NCBI GenBank assembly: GCA_950072105.1
Contig: CATMOE010000003.1
Span: forward strand, 64,001 to 128,000
Direction of reading: 5' to 3'
Source of the DNA: an uncultured Dehalococcoidia bacterium
Lineage (GTDB): Bacteria; Chloroflexota; Dehalococcoidia; Lucifugimonadales; UBA3495
Length of the DNA stretch: 64,000 nt
This document shows, one piece after another, positions 1 to 9,924 of this stretch. Each line of letters begins with the position of its first letter. Within the stretch, counting starts at the first letter, position 1. The position numbers and the translations under genes are program-made. Below the pieces are notes generated by a model. The model was given only the letters and a program-made list of their open reading frames with translations. It did not search any database and had not been told where the DNA came from.

Positions 1-38
1 CGGGTATCGAGTTTTAAGCTGCGCCTTAGGAACAATCA

Positions 39-1133
39 ATGACCACTTCGGACCTCATAGAGCAAACATTGGCGGCGATATTCCCTCCGGACCAGAGCGC
101 CATGGACGCGGCGCGGGCGCGGCAGGACACCCTGACCAAACCCCAGGGCAGCCTGGGACGGCTGGAAGAGCTGTCCATCACTCTGGCGGGCATCTTTAGA
201 GTTCCCATCCCTCAGATAAATCGCAAGTCGGTGATCCTGGTGGCCGGAGACCACGGCGTTGTGGCCGAGGGTGTCAGCGCCTATCCACAAGAGGTGACAC
301 CCGCCATGGTCGCCAATTTCCTGGCCGGCGGCGCGGCGATCAATGTGCTGGCCCGGCACGTGGGAGCAAGTATCGTCGTTCTGGACGCCGGTGTCGCCGC
401 CGACCTGGAGCCCCACCCGTTATTGAAGTTGGTCAAGATTGGCCGTGGCACCGCGAATATCGCCGCCGGGCCGGCGATGACCCGCCAAGACGCCATCAAG
501 TGCATCGAAACCGGGATAGCGGCCGCCAACGATCAGATCGCCGAAGGCGCCGACCTCATCGCCTTCGGGGACATGGGCATCGGCAATACCACTCCCTCCA
601 GTGCCATAACTGCGGTCGTGACCGGCGCCGACCCAGAGGTGACCACCGGCAGGGGCACCGGCCTGGACGACCCGGCTCTGGCCCATAAGATCGACGTGGT
701 GCGCCGGGCGATTGAAGTTAACAATCCGGACCCTAAAGACGGCCTCGACCTGCTTGCCAAAGTCGGCGGTTTCGAGATCGGGGTGCTGGCCGGGGCCATG
801 CTGGGCACCGCGGCGGGTCACCGTCCGGCGGTCGTCGACGGATTCATCTCCGGTGCGGCCGCTCTTATCGCCTGGACCATGTCCCCAACGCTGAGCCACT
901 ACCTCATTGCCTCTCACCAATCCGTTGAGCCGGGCCATCGCATCGGCATGGAAACAATGGGTCTGACCCCCCTGTTGGACATGGGCATGCGTCTGGGAGA
1001 AGGGTCGGGCGCTGCTTTGGCGATGCCGATCATCGAAGCCGCGGCCAAGTGCCTATCGGAAATGGCCACCTTCGCCGACGCCGGAGTCTCGGAGCGTATC
1101 GAAGACGAGAACGGCGGGGAGCCTCAAAGCTGA
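39..1133 (+). CDS. cobT: Nicotinate-nucleotide--dimethylbenzimidazole phosphoribosyltransferase
   Basis: Motifs LTKPQGSLGRLE, AGDHGV, GDMGIGNTT, GGFEI, MRLGEGSGA; first gene of a cob cluster. Confidence 0.95.
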   Translation: MTTSDLIEQTLAAIFPPDQSAMDAARARQDTLTKPQGSLGRLEELSITLAGIFRVPIPQINRKSVILVAGDHGVVAEGVSAYPQEVTPAMVANFLAGGAAINVLARHVGASIVVLDAGVAADLEPHPLLKLVKIGRGTANIAAGPAMTRQDAIKCIETGIAAANDQIAEGADLIAFGDMGIGNTTPSSAITAVVTGADPEVTTGRGTGLDDPALAHKIDVVRRAIEVNNPDPKDGLDLLAKVGGFEIGVLAGAMLGTAAGHRPAVVDGFISGAAALIAWTMSPTLSHYLIASHQSVEPGHRIGMETMGLTPLLDMGMRLGEGSGAALAMPIIEAAAKCLSEMATFADAGVSERIEDENGGEPQS

Positions 1134-1918
1134 CACCATTTCTGGCGGCCCTTAGTTTCCTCACCGTGTTTCCCTTCATCGGTAGACGCAGCTTTAGCCA
1201 ACGGGAAATTAGCGACTCCCGGGCCTATTACCCAACGGTGGGGTTGTTCCTAGGGCTCCTCTTGGTTGGGGTGGAGCTTGGCGGTCGCGAGTTGTTTCCG
1301 GTTTATCTGACCGCTGCCCTGTTGCTGGTTGTCCTGGTGGTGGCGACTCGTGGCCTTCACCTGGACGGGTTCATGGATGTGTGCGACGGCCTTTTTGGCG
1401 GTTACACTCGGGAACGCCGTCTGGAAATCATGCGAGACTCCAACGTCGGCGCTTTCGCCGTCGCCGGAGCCGCTTCCCTGTTGATCTTGAAATATGGGGC
1501 GCTGCTCTCTTTGCTGACCATCCCATCGCCGGGCAAAGAATGGTCTTTATTGCTTTTCCCGATGATGTCCCGTTGGTCCATGGTTGTCGCTTTGGAGGCC
1601 TTCCCCTACGTCCGTGGCGATGGTCTGGGTTCGCCCTTCCACGAGGGGGGGTCAAGACTCGCCACGTTTATTGCCGTGTTGATCGCGGTTTTGGCGTCAG
1701 CAGTTCTCGGCGGAATCGGCGGAATCGGCTTGCTGTTTGGGGCGTCCGTCCTGGCTTGGTTTCTTGGCAAGGTGATGTCCAACATGCTGGGTGGTCTGAC
1801 CGGAGACTCTTATGGAGCGATCAACGAAGTGACTGAGGTAGGAGTTCTGGTGGCCGCTGTGGCGTTGCTGCCCCACGGTCTGATCGAGCCGTTGCCGGCT
1901 CTATTGGGAGTATTCTGA
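1130..1918 (+). CDS. cobS: Adenosylcobinamide-GDP ribazoletransferase (cobalamin synthase); start probably the CTG at 1130
   Basis: Membrane protein with GLHLDGFMDVCDG, RLEIMRDS, GGLTGDSYGA; start inferred from RBS and overlap with the cobT stop. Confidence 0.92.
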   Translation: MTPFLAALSFLTVFPFIGRRSFSQREISDSRAYYPTVGLFLGLLLVGVELGGRELFPVYLTAALLLVVLVVATRGLHLDGFMDVCDGLFGGYTRERRLEIMRDSNVGAFAVAGAASLLILKYGALLSLLTIPSPGKEWSLLLFPMMSRWSMVVALEAFPYVRGDGLGSPFHEGGSRLATFIAVLIAVLASAVLGGIGGIGLLFGASVLAWFLGKVMSNMLGGLTGDSYGAINEVTEVGVLVAAVALLPHGLIEPLPALLGVF

Positions 1919-2862
1919 TGCTCTGGTCCGTGCCTCCGGATCTGGCGGTTCTGATAGTGGCCGTGGTTCTGGAGATGGTAGGCCGCGAACCGCCCAAGTG
2001 GCTTCATCCCACGGTGTGGATCGGACGCACCGTGACCATTGCCGAAGCAAATGCCCCAACATCTCGCAACGGCGGATTTATAATTGGCGTCATGATTCTG
2101 CTGCTTATCACCGGATTTTGGTGTGCCGCCGCCTATTTCGCCGCGGCGGGCTTGCGCGACGTCCACCAGGTAGCTTACGTCTTGGTCGGTGGCTTCCTAC
2201 TTAAGACCACTTTTTCTGTCAAGATGCTCCACCAAACGGCGGCTCGGGTTCGTGAACTGCTGACCGCGGGTGACATGGCAGGGGTGCGCGCCCAGATGTC
2301 ATCGCTGGTCAGTCGTGACCCGTCCCAACTCACAGCAGAGGGGGCCACCGCCGCCACTGTCGAGTCGGTGTCGGAGAACATCGCCGACAGCATTATCGGG
2401 CCCTGGTTGGCTTTTGCCCTTTTCGGACTCCCCGGCGCCGTCGCCTATCGTGCCATCAACACCCTGGATAGTATGATAGGCTACCATGGCCGCTACGAGT
2501 ATCTGGGAAAAGCTTCGGCCCGGTTCGACGATTTGGTGAACCTGATCCCTTCCAGGCTGGCCGGGCTGCTTCTGGTAATTGCCAGTCTCGTATTGCCAGG
2601 GCAGAAAGCATCAGATGCTTGGCGGATCATGTTGCGGGATCATGGCAAGACCGAAAGCCCTAACGCCGGTTGGACGATGAGCGGCATGGCGGGCGCCTTG
2701 GGAGTTGAACTGGAGAAAGCCGATCATTACCGGTTGGGCGACGCCAGGCGGCAAGTGGAGCCTGAGGACATCACCCGAACCGTTCGCACCATGTATGTTG
2801 TTGCGGGGGCCGGTTTGCTTTTAGCGTTAGGAATAACTTACTTGAGGTCGGGAATCTGGTGA
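1918..2862 (+). CDS. cbiB: Adenosylcobinamide-phosphate synthase (CbiB family)
   Basis: HPTVWIG, LVSRD, ESVSEN, YRAINTLDSMIGY, SPNAGW motifs; coupled to cobS (TGATG). Confidence 0.93.
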   Translation: MLWSVPPDLAVLIVAVVLEMVGREPPKWLHPTVWIGRTVTIAEANAPTSRNGGFIIGVMILLLITGFWCAAAYFAAAGLRDVHQVAYVLVGGFLLKTTFSVKMLHQTAARVRELLTAGDMAGVRAQMSSLVSRDPSQLTAEGATAATVESVSENIADSIIGPWLAFALFGLPGAVAYRAINTLDSMIGYHGRYEYLGKASARFDDLVNLIPSRLAGLLLVIASLVLPGQKASDAWRIMLRDHGKTESPNAGWTMSGMAGALGVELEKADHYRLGDARRQVEPEDITRTVRTMYVVAGAGLLLALGITYLRSGIW

Positions 2863-2878
2863 TGGCGCGGGTTTACTG

Positions 2879-4018
2879 ATGACTACACAGGGGCCTTCCG
2901 GCCACGACCCGGAAGTTTCGACTGGGCGACCCGTCCACGGCGGCATCAAACCTTCTCAACTTCGCGCCCTGGGCCTGCGTCCCGAAGATGTCCTGGACTT
3001 CAGCGCCAGTGTCAGCCCCATCGGGCCACCGGAAGGAGTGTGGGACGCCATGCGCAGGGTGGACCTTGGGGCCTACCCAGATCCGGCATGTTTGGAGTTG
3101 CGGGAGTCGCTGTCCCAAACTCTTCCGCCATTTCAAGGTAAACCGGTCCCGGTGGAACGAATCCTGGTGGGAAACGGCTCCACCGAAATCATCCACCTGC
3201 TGGCTCGGGTTTATCTGTCTGACTTGGGTTCGGACAGAGAGCCTAGCGTTTTCCAACTAACGCCCACTTACGGCGAGTACACGGGGGCCTGCCGCCAAGC
3301 CGGCGCCGTGGTTTCGAGTTTCGAAGCAACATCCAACCCAGCGTTCTGCTGGGATATAGTCGAGGCGGCGCAACAAATAATCCAAGAACGTCCCAGACTG
3401 GTGTTTGTTTGCAACCCCAACAACCCCACCGGCGTCTACTTGGGCTTGGAAGAGATCGAACCTTTGACTGAAGCGGCTGCCGCCTGTGGAGCATTGATGG
3501 TGATCGACGAAGCCTACCTTTCATTCGTCAATGATTCTTGGGACAGCATGGGCTTGCCGGCGCTGGACAACGTGGTCCTGTTGCGCTCTATGACTAAAGA
3601 CTACGCTTTGACCGGTTTGAGATTGGGTTACGCGATCGCATCGGAAAACGTGATCGCCGACCTGCAAGCGTTCCAGCCCGACTGGAGCGTCAACGGTCTG
3701 GCTCAAGCGGCTGGGCTGGCCGCCCTGGCCGACACCGAATATCTGCCTCGAGCGCGGCAGGCCATCGACCAGGCCAAGTCACTCCTGTCAGACCGGCTGG
3801 ACCGGCTCAGCCTAACCGTCCATCCTTCCGCCGCCAACTTCCTGCTGGTCAACGTGGGCGATGCCGGTGTCTGGCATGACAAACTTATGCGCCTGGGTCT
3901 CTTCGTTCGGGACTGTACCTCCTTCGGCCTACCCGAACACATCAGGATCGGCATCCGTTCAATGGCCGATTGTCAGCGTCTCATTGAAGCCATGGAAACG
4001 GTTTCGTTCCAAGTCTAA
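2879..4018 (+). CDS. cobD: PLP-dependent threonine-phosphate decarboxylase (class I/II aminotransferase fold)
   Basis: HGG, DFSAS, CNPNNPTG, IDEAY, RSMTK..GLRLGY motifs in cob context. Confidence 0.8.
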   Translation: MTTQGPSGHDPEVSTGRPVHGGIKPSQLRALGLRPEDVLDFSASVSPIGPPEGVWDAMRRVDLGAYPDPACLELRESLSQTLPPFQGKPVPVERILVGNGSTEIIHLLARVYLSDLGSDREPSVFQLTPTYGEYTGACRQAGAVVSSFEATSNPAFCWDIVEAAQQIIQERPRLVFVCNPNNPTGVYLGLEEIEPLTEAAAACGALMVIDEAYLSFVNDSWDSMGLPALDNVVLLRSMTKDYALTGLRLGYAIASENVIADLQAFQPDWSVNGLAQAAGLAALADTEYLPRARQAIDQAKSLLSDRLDRLSLTVHPSAANFLLVNVGDAGVWHDKLMRLGLFVRDCTSFGLPEHIRIGIRSMADCQRLIEAMETVSFQV

Positions 4019-4055
4019 AGCAAACCCATGCCCCGCTAATGTAATCGTATCCTAG

Positions 4056-4087
4056 CCCCCCTTTCGTAAAGGAGGGTTGGGGGGATT
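4056..4087. repeat. Intergenic copy of the CCCCCC-TTTCGTAAA-GGGGGG...GGGGGATT palindromic element
   Basis: CCCCCCTTTCGTAAAGGAGGGTTGGGGGGATT; one mismatch from the intragenic copy at 26036. Confidence 0.85.
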
Positions 4088-4208
4088 CCCCCCTACGCTC
4101 AACCAAAAAATCCGCAAAAAATTCCACCTAAATCCACGTCTGACCGTTGCTTGCCCATCGCCAGCGGCCCGGTTAGAATGATTTGTATACGGTTCTTCGG
4201 GAGGGACA

Positions 4209-4769
4209 ATGGCCACCAACGACACCGCTCAACGCAACCGCTTTTCCGACACTTTTGGCTACGCATCCGGCCGGGCCGCAACCAAAGTAGTCGGCAAAAT
4301 GACCCCTTACGTGCAGGAGTTCATCCAGAATGCCCCCTTTGTGATTCAGGCCAGCGCCGACGCCGACGGCAATTGCGACGCCTCCCCCAAAGGCGGCAAG
4401 CCGGGGTTCGTCAAAGTACTGGACGAAAAGCACCTCGTATTCCCGGACGTGGCCGGCAACAAGCTATTCCAGACCTATCAAAACCTTGATAGCAACTCCC
4501 ACATCGGACTCCTCTTCCTCATTCCCGGTGTCAACGATGTTGTCCGAGTCAATGGGCGCGTTACCATCGTAGACCAAGAGGAATTGGAAAAAATGGATGT
4601 CGAAGTCGCTCTCTTCGAGATCGACGAGCGGTCTCACCACCTGCAAGGAATCGTTATCGAAGTGGACGAGTCGTATACCCATTGTCCCAGGGCCCTGAAG
4701 TTCTCTGATCTTTGGAATCCAGAGACCATCTCGGCCAACATCGCTGAACGCCCGATTGCGGACCGATAA
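4209..4769 (+). CDS. Pyridoxamine 5'-phosphate oxidase-like FMN-binding protein
   Basis: DASPKGGKPGFVKV, PDVAGNKL, GLLFLIPG, HCPRA motifs; RBS GGAGG. Confidence 0.85.
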   Translation: MATNDTAQRNRFSDTFGYASGRAATKVVGKMTPYVQEFIQNAPFVIQASADADGNCDASPKGGKPGFVKVLDEKHLVFPDVAGNKLFQTYQNLDSNSHIGLLFLIPGVNDVVRVNGRVTIVDQEELEKMDVEVALFEIDERSHHLQGIVIEVDESYTHCPRALKFSDLWNPETISANIAERPIADR

Positions 4770-4857
4770 CCGAATAATTCAGGACCCGAAGGCTCCTACA
4801 AGGGCTCCTCTGGACCTATCCCTGTGGAAGCCTCCAGGGAAGTAGTAGATCATCATA

Positions 4858-5636
4858 ATGGCGGTCAACCCTTTGCTGCTGCCGGTTAGAAGTATCCGGC
4901 AGATATTGGGAGGAGACCCAGGGATGCGGCGGATTTTTCACCGGTTTCCGTCGCACAAGCGGTGCAAGCAGTGTTGCGCCCCTTTCTCGGAGTCTTCGCA
5001 ATATTCTTCCGGCTGATTCAGATCAGACCCTCCCGGAAGAACCCCAATCTTTGCACGATTTGATATGAGCTGGCTCCCCCGGGCGGGGAGTTGATTGAAC
5101 TGTCTGTACTTTTCATAGATGTTCGTGGATTCACTGCTCTGTCGGAGCGCAAGTCCGCCAACGAGGTGGTGTGGCTGCTCAACCAGTTTTACAGTCTTTC
5201 CGCCGAGACCGTGTTCGCATTGGATGGGACCCTGGACAAAATGGTGGGAGACCAAGTAATGGCATTCTTCGGTGCTCCATTTCGTCCCGAAGATCACCAA
5301 AAAAGAGCGGTGGAGGCGGCCCTAACGATCGTTAGAGGAATGGACGCCATGTTTCCCGATGGCAATCCATTGTCAGTGGGTGGAGCCGTGGCCTCCGGAA
5401 GGATGTTCATGGGCAACGTGGGAGAGGGGGAGGTAAGGGATTTCACCGTAATTGGTGATGTGGTCAACACTGCGGCGCGCCTGCAAGCCGAGGCTTTGGC
5501 CGGAGAAGTGTTGGTAACCGAAGATACTTACGAGGCGCTGGGGCCCCAGATCCAGGATTTCCCGCTACGCACCCTGGAGCTACGGGGGAAGGAAACACCA
5601 GTCCCGGTTAGGGTCCTGCGTAATCATATCGTCTAG
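4858..5636 (+). pseudogene. Class III adenylate/guanylate cyclase with N-terminal Cys-rich region; apparent 1-nt frameshift near 4980 and in-frame TGA at 5061 (possible Sec)
   Basis: Catalytic motifs VLFIDVRGFT, DKMVGDQVMA, TVIGDVVNTAARLQ in 5091-5636; upstream frames give RCKQCCAPF and NPNLCTI-TGA. Confidence 0.7.
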
Positions 5637-5729
5637 GCCTGAAGAATATAGCCAAGAAAGCCCCGCTCGCCGCTGCGCCCGAAAATCCGTCCAGTCGAAC
5701 GGCAAATAATGTTGTGGAAAGGAAAGTGA

Positions 5730-8393
5730 TTGATGGTTTCTATATCCTCTGAGAAAATCACTCTGTCCAATGGACTCGACGTCATACTCCATGAGGATCA
5801 CGCCATTCCGTTGGTGGCGGTCAACGTCTGGTATCACGTCGGTTCTAAAGACGAAGAACAGGGCCGCACCGGTTTTGCCCATCTCTTTGAGCACATCATG
5901 TTCGAAGGGTCCAAACACCACAACAGCAGCCACTTCGACCCCCTGCAGAAAGCCGGGGCTAATCTAAACGGTTCCACCAGCTCTGACCGGACCAATTATT
6001 GGGAAGACGTACCCTCCAACTATCTGGAGCTGGCTCTATGGCTGGAGTCCGACCGCATGGGCTTTCTCTTGGACGCGGTGGACCAACAGCGGTTTGACGT
6101 CCAACGGGACGTTGTGAAAAACGAGCGCCGGCAGTCCTACGAAAACCGGCCGTACGGGATGGCTTCCTGGGAGATTCAAGAAGCACTGTTCCCCATGCCG
6201 CATCCCTACCATTGGATGACCATCGGATCCCAGGAAGACCTGGACGCCGCATCCCTGGAGGATGTGAAAGACTTCTTCCGCCGCTACTATTCCCCTTCCA
6301 ATAGCAGCCTTGCCGTGGTGGGTGACTTCCGGCGGGACGAAGCTCTGGAACTGGTCAACCGGTACTTCGGCGATCTGCCCCCCGGACCGCCTTTGCCTCG
6401 TATGGGCCGCCGGGACTCGCCGCTGGCTGGTCGGGTCGAATTGGAGATGCGGGATAAGGTATCTCTACCAAAGTTGTATATCGCTTGGCCGACACCTCCC
6501 GACATGGATCCTGACGATGCTCCCCTCGACCTTTTGCAGGGGATCCTCTCCGACGGCCTCAGCTCCCGATTGCATCGGAGTCTGGTCTACGAGAAGCAGA
6601 TCGCCCAAAGCGCGTCCGTTCGCTACCATCCCGGGGAGATTGCCGGACAGTTTGTCGTCCAGGTGACTGCCGCGGAAGGACATGATCTGGACGAGATGGA
6701 GGCTTCCGTTGACGCCGAGATAAGTCGATTGGCGACCGAGCCGCCCACCGATGAGGAGATTAACCGGGTAAAGAATCGGATCGAGTCGTCCCATTATCGC
6801 CAGCTAACGCGGATCGGCGGATTTGGCGGTCTTGCCGACCAGTTGAACCACTACAACATCATGGCCGGCGACCCCGAGATGGTTAACACCAGCTTGGACC
6901 GCTATCTTGCCGTACAGCGGGACGATATTCTCCGGGTCCACGAATCGGTCCTTGACCATCGTCAGGTCAGGCTACGGGTGATGCCGGAGCAGCCGCTCAA
7001 GCCAGCGGTTACCTCGGTGGACCGCTGGAAGATGCCCGAGCCGGCTCCGGAACCGGCATTCACTCCCCCTATGCCCGTTCGCCATCAGTTGAGCAACGGT
7101 ATGGGTATTGCCGTCGTGGAACGCCGTGGCGCACCCATAGTCTCTTTCGCTTTGGTCCTTCGCGCCGGGGCCGTGGCTGACCCCGAGGACTTGCCCGGTT
7201 TGGCCAGCTTCACCGCTCAGATGTTGATGGAAGGGACCGAGGGCCGTACCAGCCTGGAAATCGCTAATGCCGCCGAGTTCATTGGGGCTCGGATTTCCTC
7301 GGACGCTCGCAGAGAATACACTCTTCTATCCAGCGAAACCTTAACCAAACACTGGCCGACTGCCCTTGAATTGATTGCCGACCTAGTCAAGCGGCCCACC
7401 TTCCCTGAGCACGAACTGGAGCGGGTAAGGCGGGAGCATTTGACCGACCTGCGAAGGGGGAAAGACGACCCCACCATAGTCGCGGAGCGTCTGATAGCCG
7501 GTCTGGTGTTCTCCAAGGATAGCGGCTACGGACACTACATTTTGGGCACGGAAGCCTCGGCGTCTGCTCTGACACGCCAAGATCTGCAACAGCTTTTCCA
7601 AGGGGTTTATACTCCGGGACGAGCGACACTGGTCGTTGTGGGCGACACCAACCTGGAAGAGGTTACTGAACAGGCTCAGGATCTCTTCGGTGATTGGTCC
7701 GGAAATGGCGCCGGCTATATTCCCCGAACCGTCGACGACACGAACGGCTCGACGCCGGCCACCACGATATATCTGGTAGACCAACCGGGCGCCGCTCAAT
7801 CGGTCATCCGTGCGCTCCAACCAACGATACCCCGCAATCATCCCGACTATTTCGGCCTTACGTTGGTCAACTATGTCTTTGGCGGCCAATTCTCCGCCCG
7901 CCTGAACCAGAACCTTCGCCAAGACAAGGGATACAGCTACGGCTATCAGTCGTCGGTCCATTGGTATCAAGGAACGTCCTTGGTGTCAGCCGGGGGCAGC
8001 GTACAGACCGAAGTAACCAAAGAGTCAGTTCAGGAAACACTTAAAGAGTTTCGGGAGATTCAAGGTGATCGGCCGATCACCGAGGAAGAGCTTTCGGCGG
8101 CAAAAGCCGGCATCTTACAAGGTTATCCTGCCAGCTTCGAGCGGTCGGGGATGGTGTTGAACCACCTGATTCAACTGTTGGTGTTCGACCTGCCCGACGA
8201 CTACTTCCAGTCGGTTGGCCCAGGGATAACCGCTGTTTCGCTGAAAGACGTTCACCGTGTTGCCGCTGAACGGATCCAAACCGACAAACTCCAATTGCTG
8301 GTGGTGGGAGACCGCGAAAAAATAGAACCCGGTCTGCGGGAGTTGGGCATTCCCATGGTCTTGCTGGATGCTGACGGCGCCCGTATCGGCTGA
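5730..8393 (+). CDS. M16 (pitrilysin/PqqL-like) zinc peptidase, two-lobe fusion
   Basis: GFAHLFEH inverted zincin motif, VVKNERRQ, SARLNQNLR..KGYSYG. Confidence 0.93.
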   Translation: MMVSISSEKITLSNGLDVILHEDHAIPLVAVNVWYHVGSKDEEQGRTGFAHLFEHIMFEGSKHHNSSHFDPLQKAGANLNGSTSSDRTNYWEDVPSNYLELALWLESDRMGFLLDAVDQQRFDVQRDVVKNERRQSYENRPYGMASWEIQEALFPMPHPYHWMTIGSQEDLDAASLEDVKDFFRRYYSPSNSSLAVVGDFRRDEALELVNRYFGDLPPGPPLPRMGRRDSPLAGRVELEMRDKVSLPKLYIAWPTPPDMDPDDAPLDLLQGILSDGLSSRLHRSLVYEKQIAQSASVRYHPGEIAGQFVVQVTAAEGHDLDEMEASVDAEISRLATEPPTDEEINRVKNRIESSHYRQLTRIGGFGGLADQLNHYNIMAGDPEMVNTSLDRYLAVQRDDILRVHESVLDHRQVRLRVMPEQPLKPAVTSVDRWKMPEPAPEPAFTPPMPVRHQLSNGMGIAVVERRGAPIVSFALVLRAGAVADPEDLPGLASFTAQMLMEGTEGRTSLEIANAAEFIGARISSDARREYTLLSSETLTKHWPTALELIADLVKRPTFPEHELERVRREHLTDLRRGKDDPTIVAERLIAGLVFSKDSGYGHYILGTEASASALTRQDLQQLFQGVYTPGRATLVVVGDTNLEEVTEQAQDLFGDWSGNGAGYIPRTVDDTNGSTPATTIYLVDQPGAAQSVIRALQPTIPRNHPDYFGLTLVNYVFGGQFSARLNQNLRQDKGYSYGYQSSVHWYQGTSLVSAGGSVQTEVTKESVQETLKEFREIQGDRPITEEELSAAKAGILQGYPASFERSGMVLNHLIQLLVFDLPDDYFQSVGPGITAVSLKDVHRVAAERIQTDKLQLLVVGDREKIEPGLRELGIPMVLLDADGARIG

Positions 8394-8491
8394 ACACCTG
8401 TAACCCTAAGCACGCCGCCTTTGGGATGACCGGTCTCTTTGACGACTCATGCCCGGCTAACGATGCCAGACCTGACGAGGGTAAGGTCGTT

Positions 8492-9835
8492 CTACCGGCG
8501 GGGCCTTTCTCCCAGCGCCAAAACGAGGGTCTCGGTGGATCCCTCTCGGAACAACTCAACTTCGATTTCCAACCCGACGAAAAATTTTGTACGAAGCAGC
8601 CTGGTAAGGTCGGTTACCGTAGCAATCTTATTTCCGTCCATCGATAGAATAATATCCCCGGGTCTGATTCCTGCCCGATCCGAGGGCCCTCCCTGCAGCA
8701 CATCCTGAATCACCACCCCCTCGCGAATGGGCAACCCTAGTTCCGCGGCCATCTCCGGTATCAGATCCGCCAGGAACACCCCCATCCAAGCCCATTTCAC
8801 CCGGCCGTCGTTGATCAGTTGGTCGGAGACCAAGACGGCCGTCTCCATATTTATCGCAAAGCCGATCCCTTCGATCGTGGGTCTTCCGCTACCGCCACCG
8901 CCGCCACGGAGGACCGCGGTGTTGATGCCTACCAGATTCCCCTCCAAGCTTATCAACGGGCCTCCGCTGTTACCTGGATTGATCACCGTGTCGGTCTGGA
9001 TCAGGTCGTATAGGGGAGAGCCTCCGGAGCCTCCGATCGTGCGGCCTAGCGCCGAAACCACCCCCACCGTGACGGTAGGCCCTCCAGGCAGCGCCAGCGC
9101 GTTTCCGATGGCGATGACCCACTCGCCCACCCGGAGCTTGACATCCTGCTTCAGAGGCAAAAAGGTTTCGAAAGTCCCAGGGATCCTCAATACCGCCAGG
9201 TCAGCCAGTGCGTCGGCGCCCAAGAGTTCCGCTTCCAGTTGGCTGCCGTCGTCCATGGTGACAATAATATTTGTTGCCCCTTCTATGACGTGGTTGTTGG
9301 TCAAAGCCAAGCCGTCACGGGAGAAGATCACCCCGGTCCCGCTACCGAAATTAGACCGCCGGTTCCCAAACCGGTCCTGGACGATGGACTCGGCAACGAT
9401 GGATAGCACCGCGCCCCGCACCCGCTCTACCGTGTCTGCCACGTTGGGCAGTTGCAGCATCGGAGCCGGAGGTGGTTCAGCCGGGGCTTTCGTAGGCATG
9501 GCGGTCGGTTCGGGTACGGCGGTTGCCGTTGGAGGTGGGACGTTGGTAGCCGTGGGCAGCGGAGGTTTGGCTTCCTCGGAAACGGGTTCGGCAACGACTT
9601 CCGGAGCCGTGGCGGGCGTGGGCGCCTCCGTGGGAGCAGCAGTGGTGGCAGGCTCAACTTCTGCGGTCGGGGTGGAGTTTGAGCAAGCAACGCCGACCAT
9701 CAATGCCAGCAAAACGGCCAGCGATGGCCACGGGAAGATTTTTCCAAAGAACCGGACCGCCCGATGCCTCGTGGAATCACCCCAACGGACATGCCTTTGA
9801 TTCCCGGCTGTTACCCATCCAATGTCGCGACTCAT
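8492..9835 (-). CDS. htrA: HtrA/DegP-family serine protease with PDZ domain, probable lipoprotein
   Basis: TNNHV, DLAVL, INPGNSGGPL catalytic motifs; hydrophobic stretch ending VAC; Pro/Thr/Ala-rich linker. Confidence 0.9.
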   Translation of the reverse strand: MSRDIGWVTAGNQRHVRWGDSTRHRAVRFFGKIFPWPSLAVLLALMVGVACSNSTPTAEVEPATTAAPTEAPTPATAPEVVAEPVSEEAKPPLPTATNVPPPTATAVPEPTAMPTKAPAEPPPAPMLQLPNVADTVERVRGAVLSIVAESIVQDRFGNRRSNFGSGTGVIFSRDGLALTNNHVIEGATNIIVTMDDGSQLEAELLGADALADLAVLRIPGTFETFLPLKQDVKLRVGEWVIAIGNALALPGGPTVTVGVVSALGRTIGGSGGSPLYDLIQTDTVINPGNSGGPLISLEGNLVGINTAVLRGGGGGSGRPTIEGIGFAINMETAVLVSDQLINDGRVKWAWMGVFLADLIPEMAAELGLPIREGVVIQDVLQGGPSDRAGIRPGDIILSMDGNKIATVTDLTRLLRTKFFVGLEIEVELFREGSTETLVLALGERPRR

Positions 9836-9924
9836 TATTTCGATCTTAATTGAGATGGTTTAGATGTGCCGAAGTCATGCCATCAGTCCATCGGATTAAT
9901 CTCGAAGCTACGGCCCCTTGCCGG

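Noticed and set aside
1..38. Cobalamin riboswitch upstream of cobT
   Set aside because: Too little upstream sequence lies in the window to assess.
3121..3146. PPFQGK in CobD as another repeat insertion
   Set aside because: The DNA (CCGCCATTTCAAGGTAAA) lacks the C6/G6 palindrome.
8727..9800. Long antisense ORFs (also 46228-47301 and 61438-62277)
   Set aside because: These are shadows of well-supported genes in GC-rich DNA, with no recognisable motifs.
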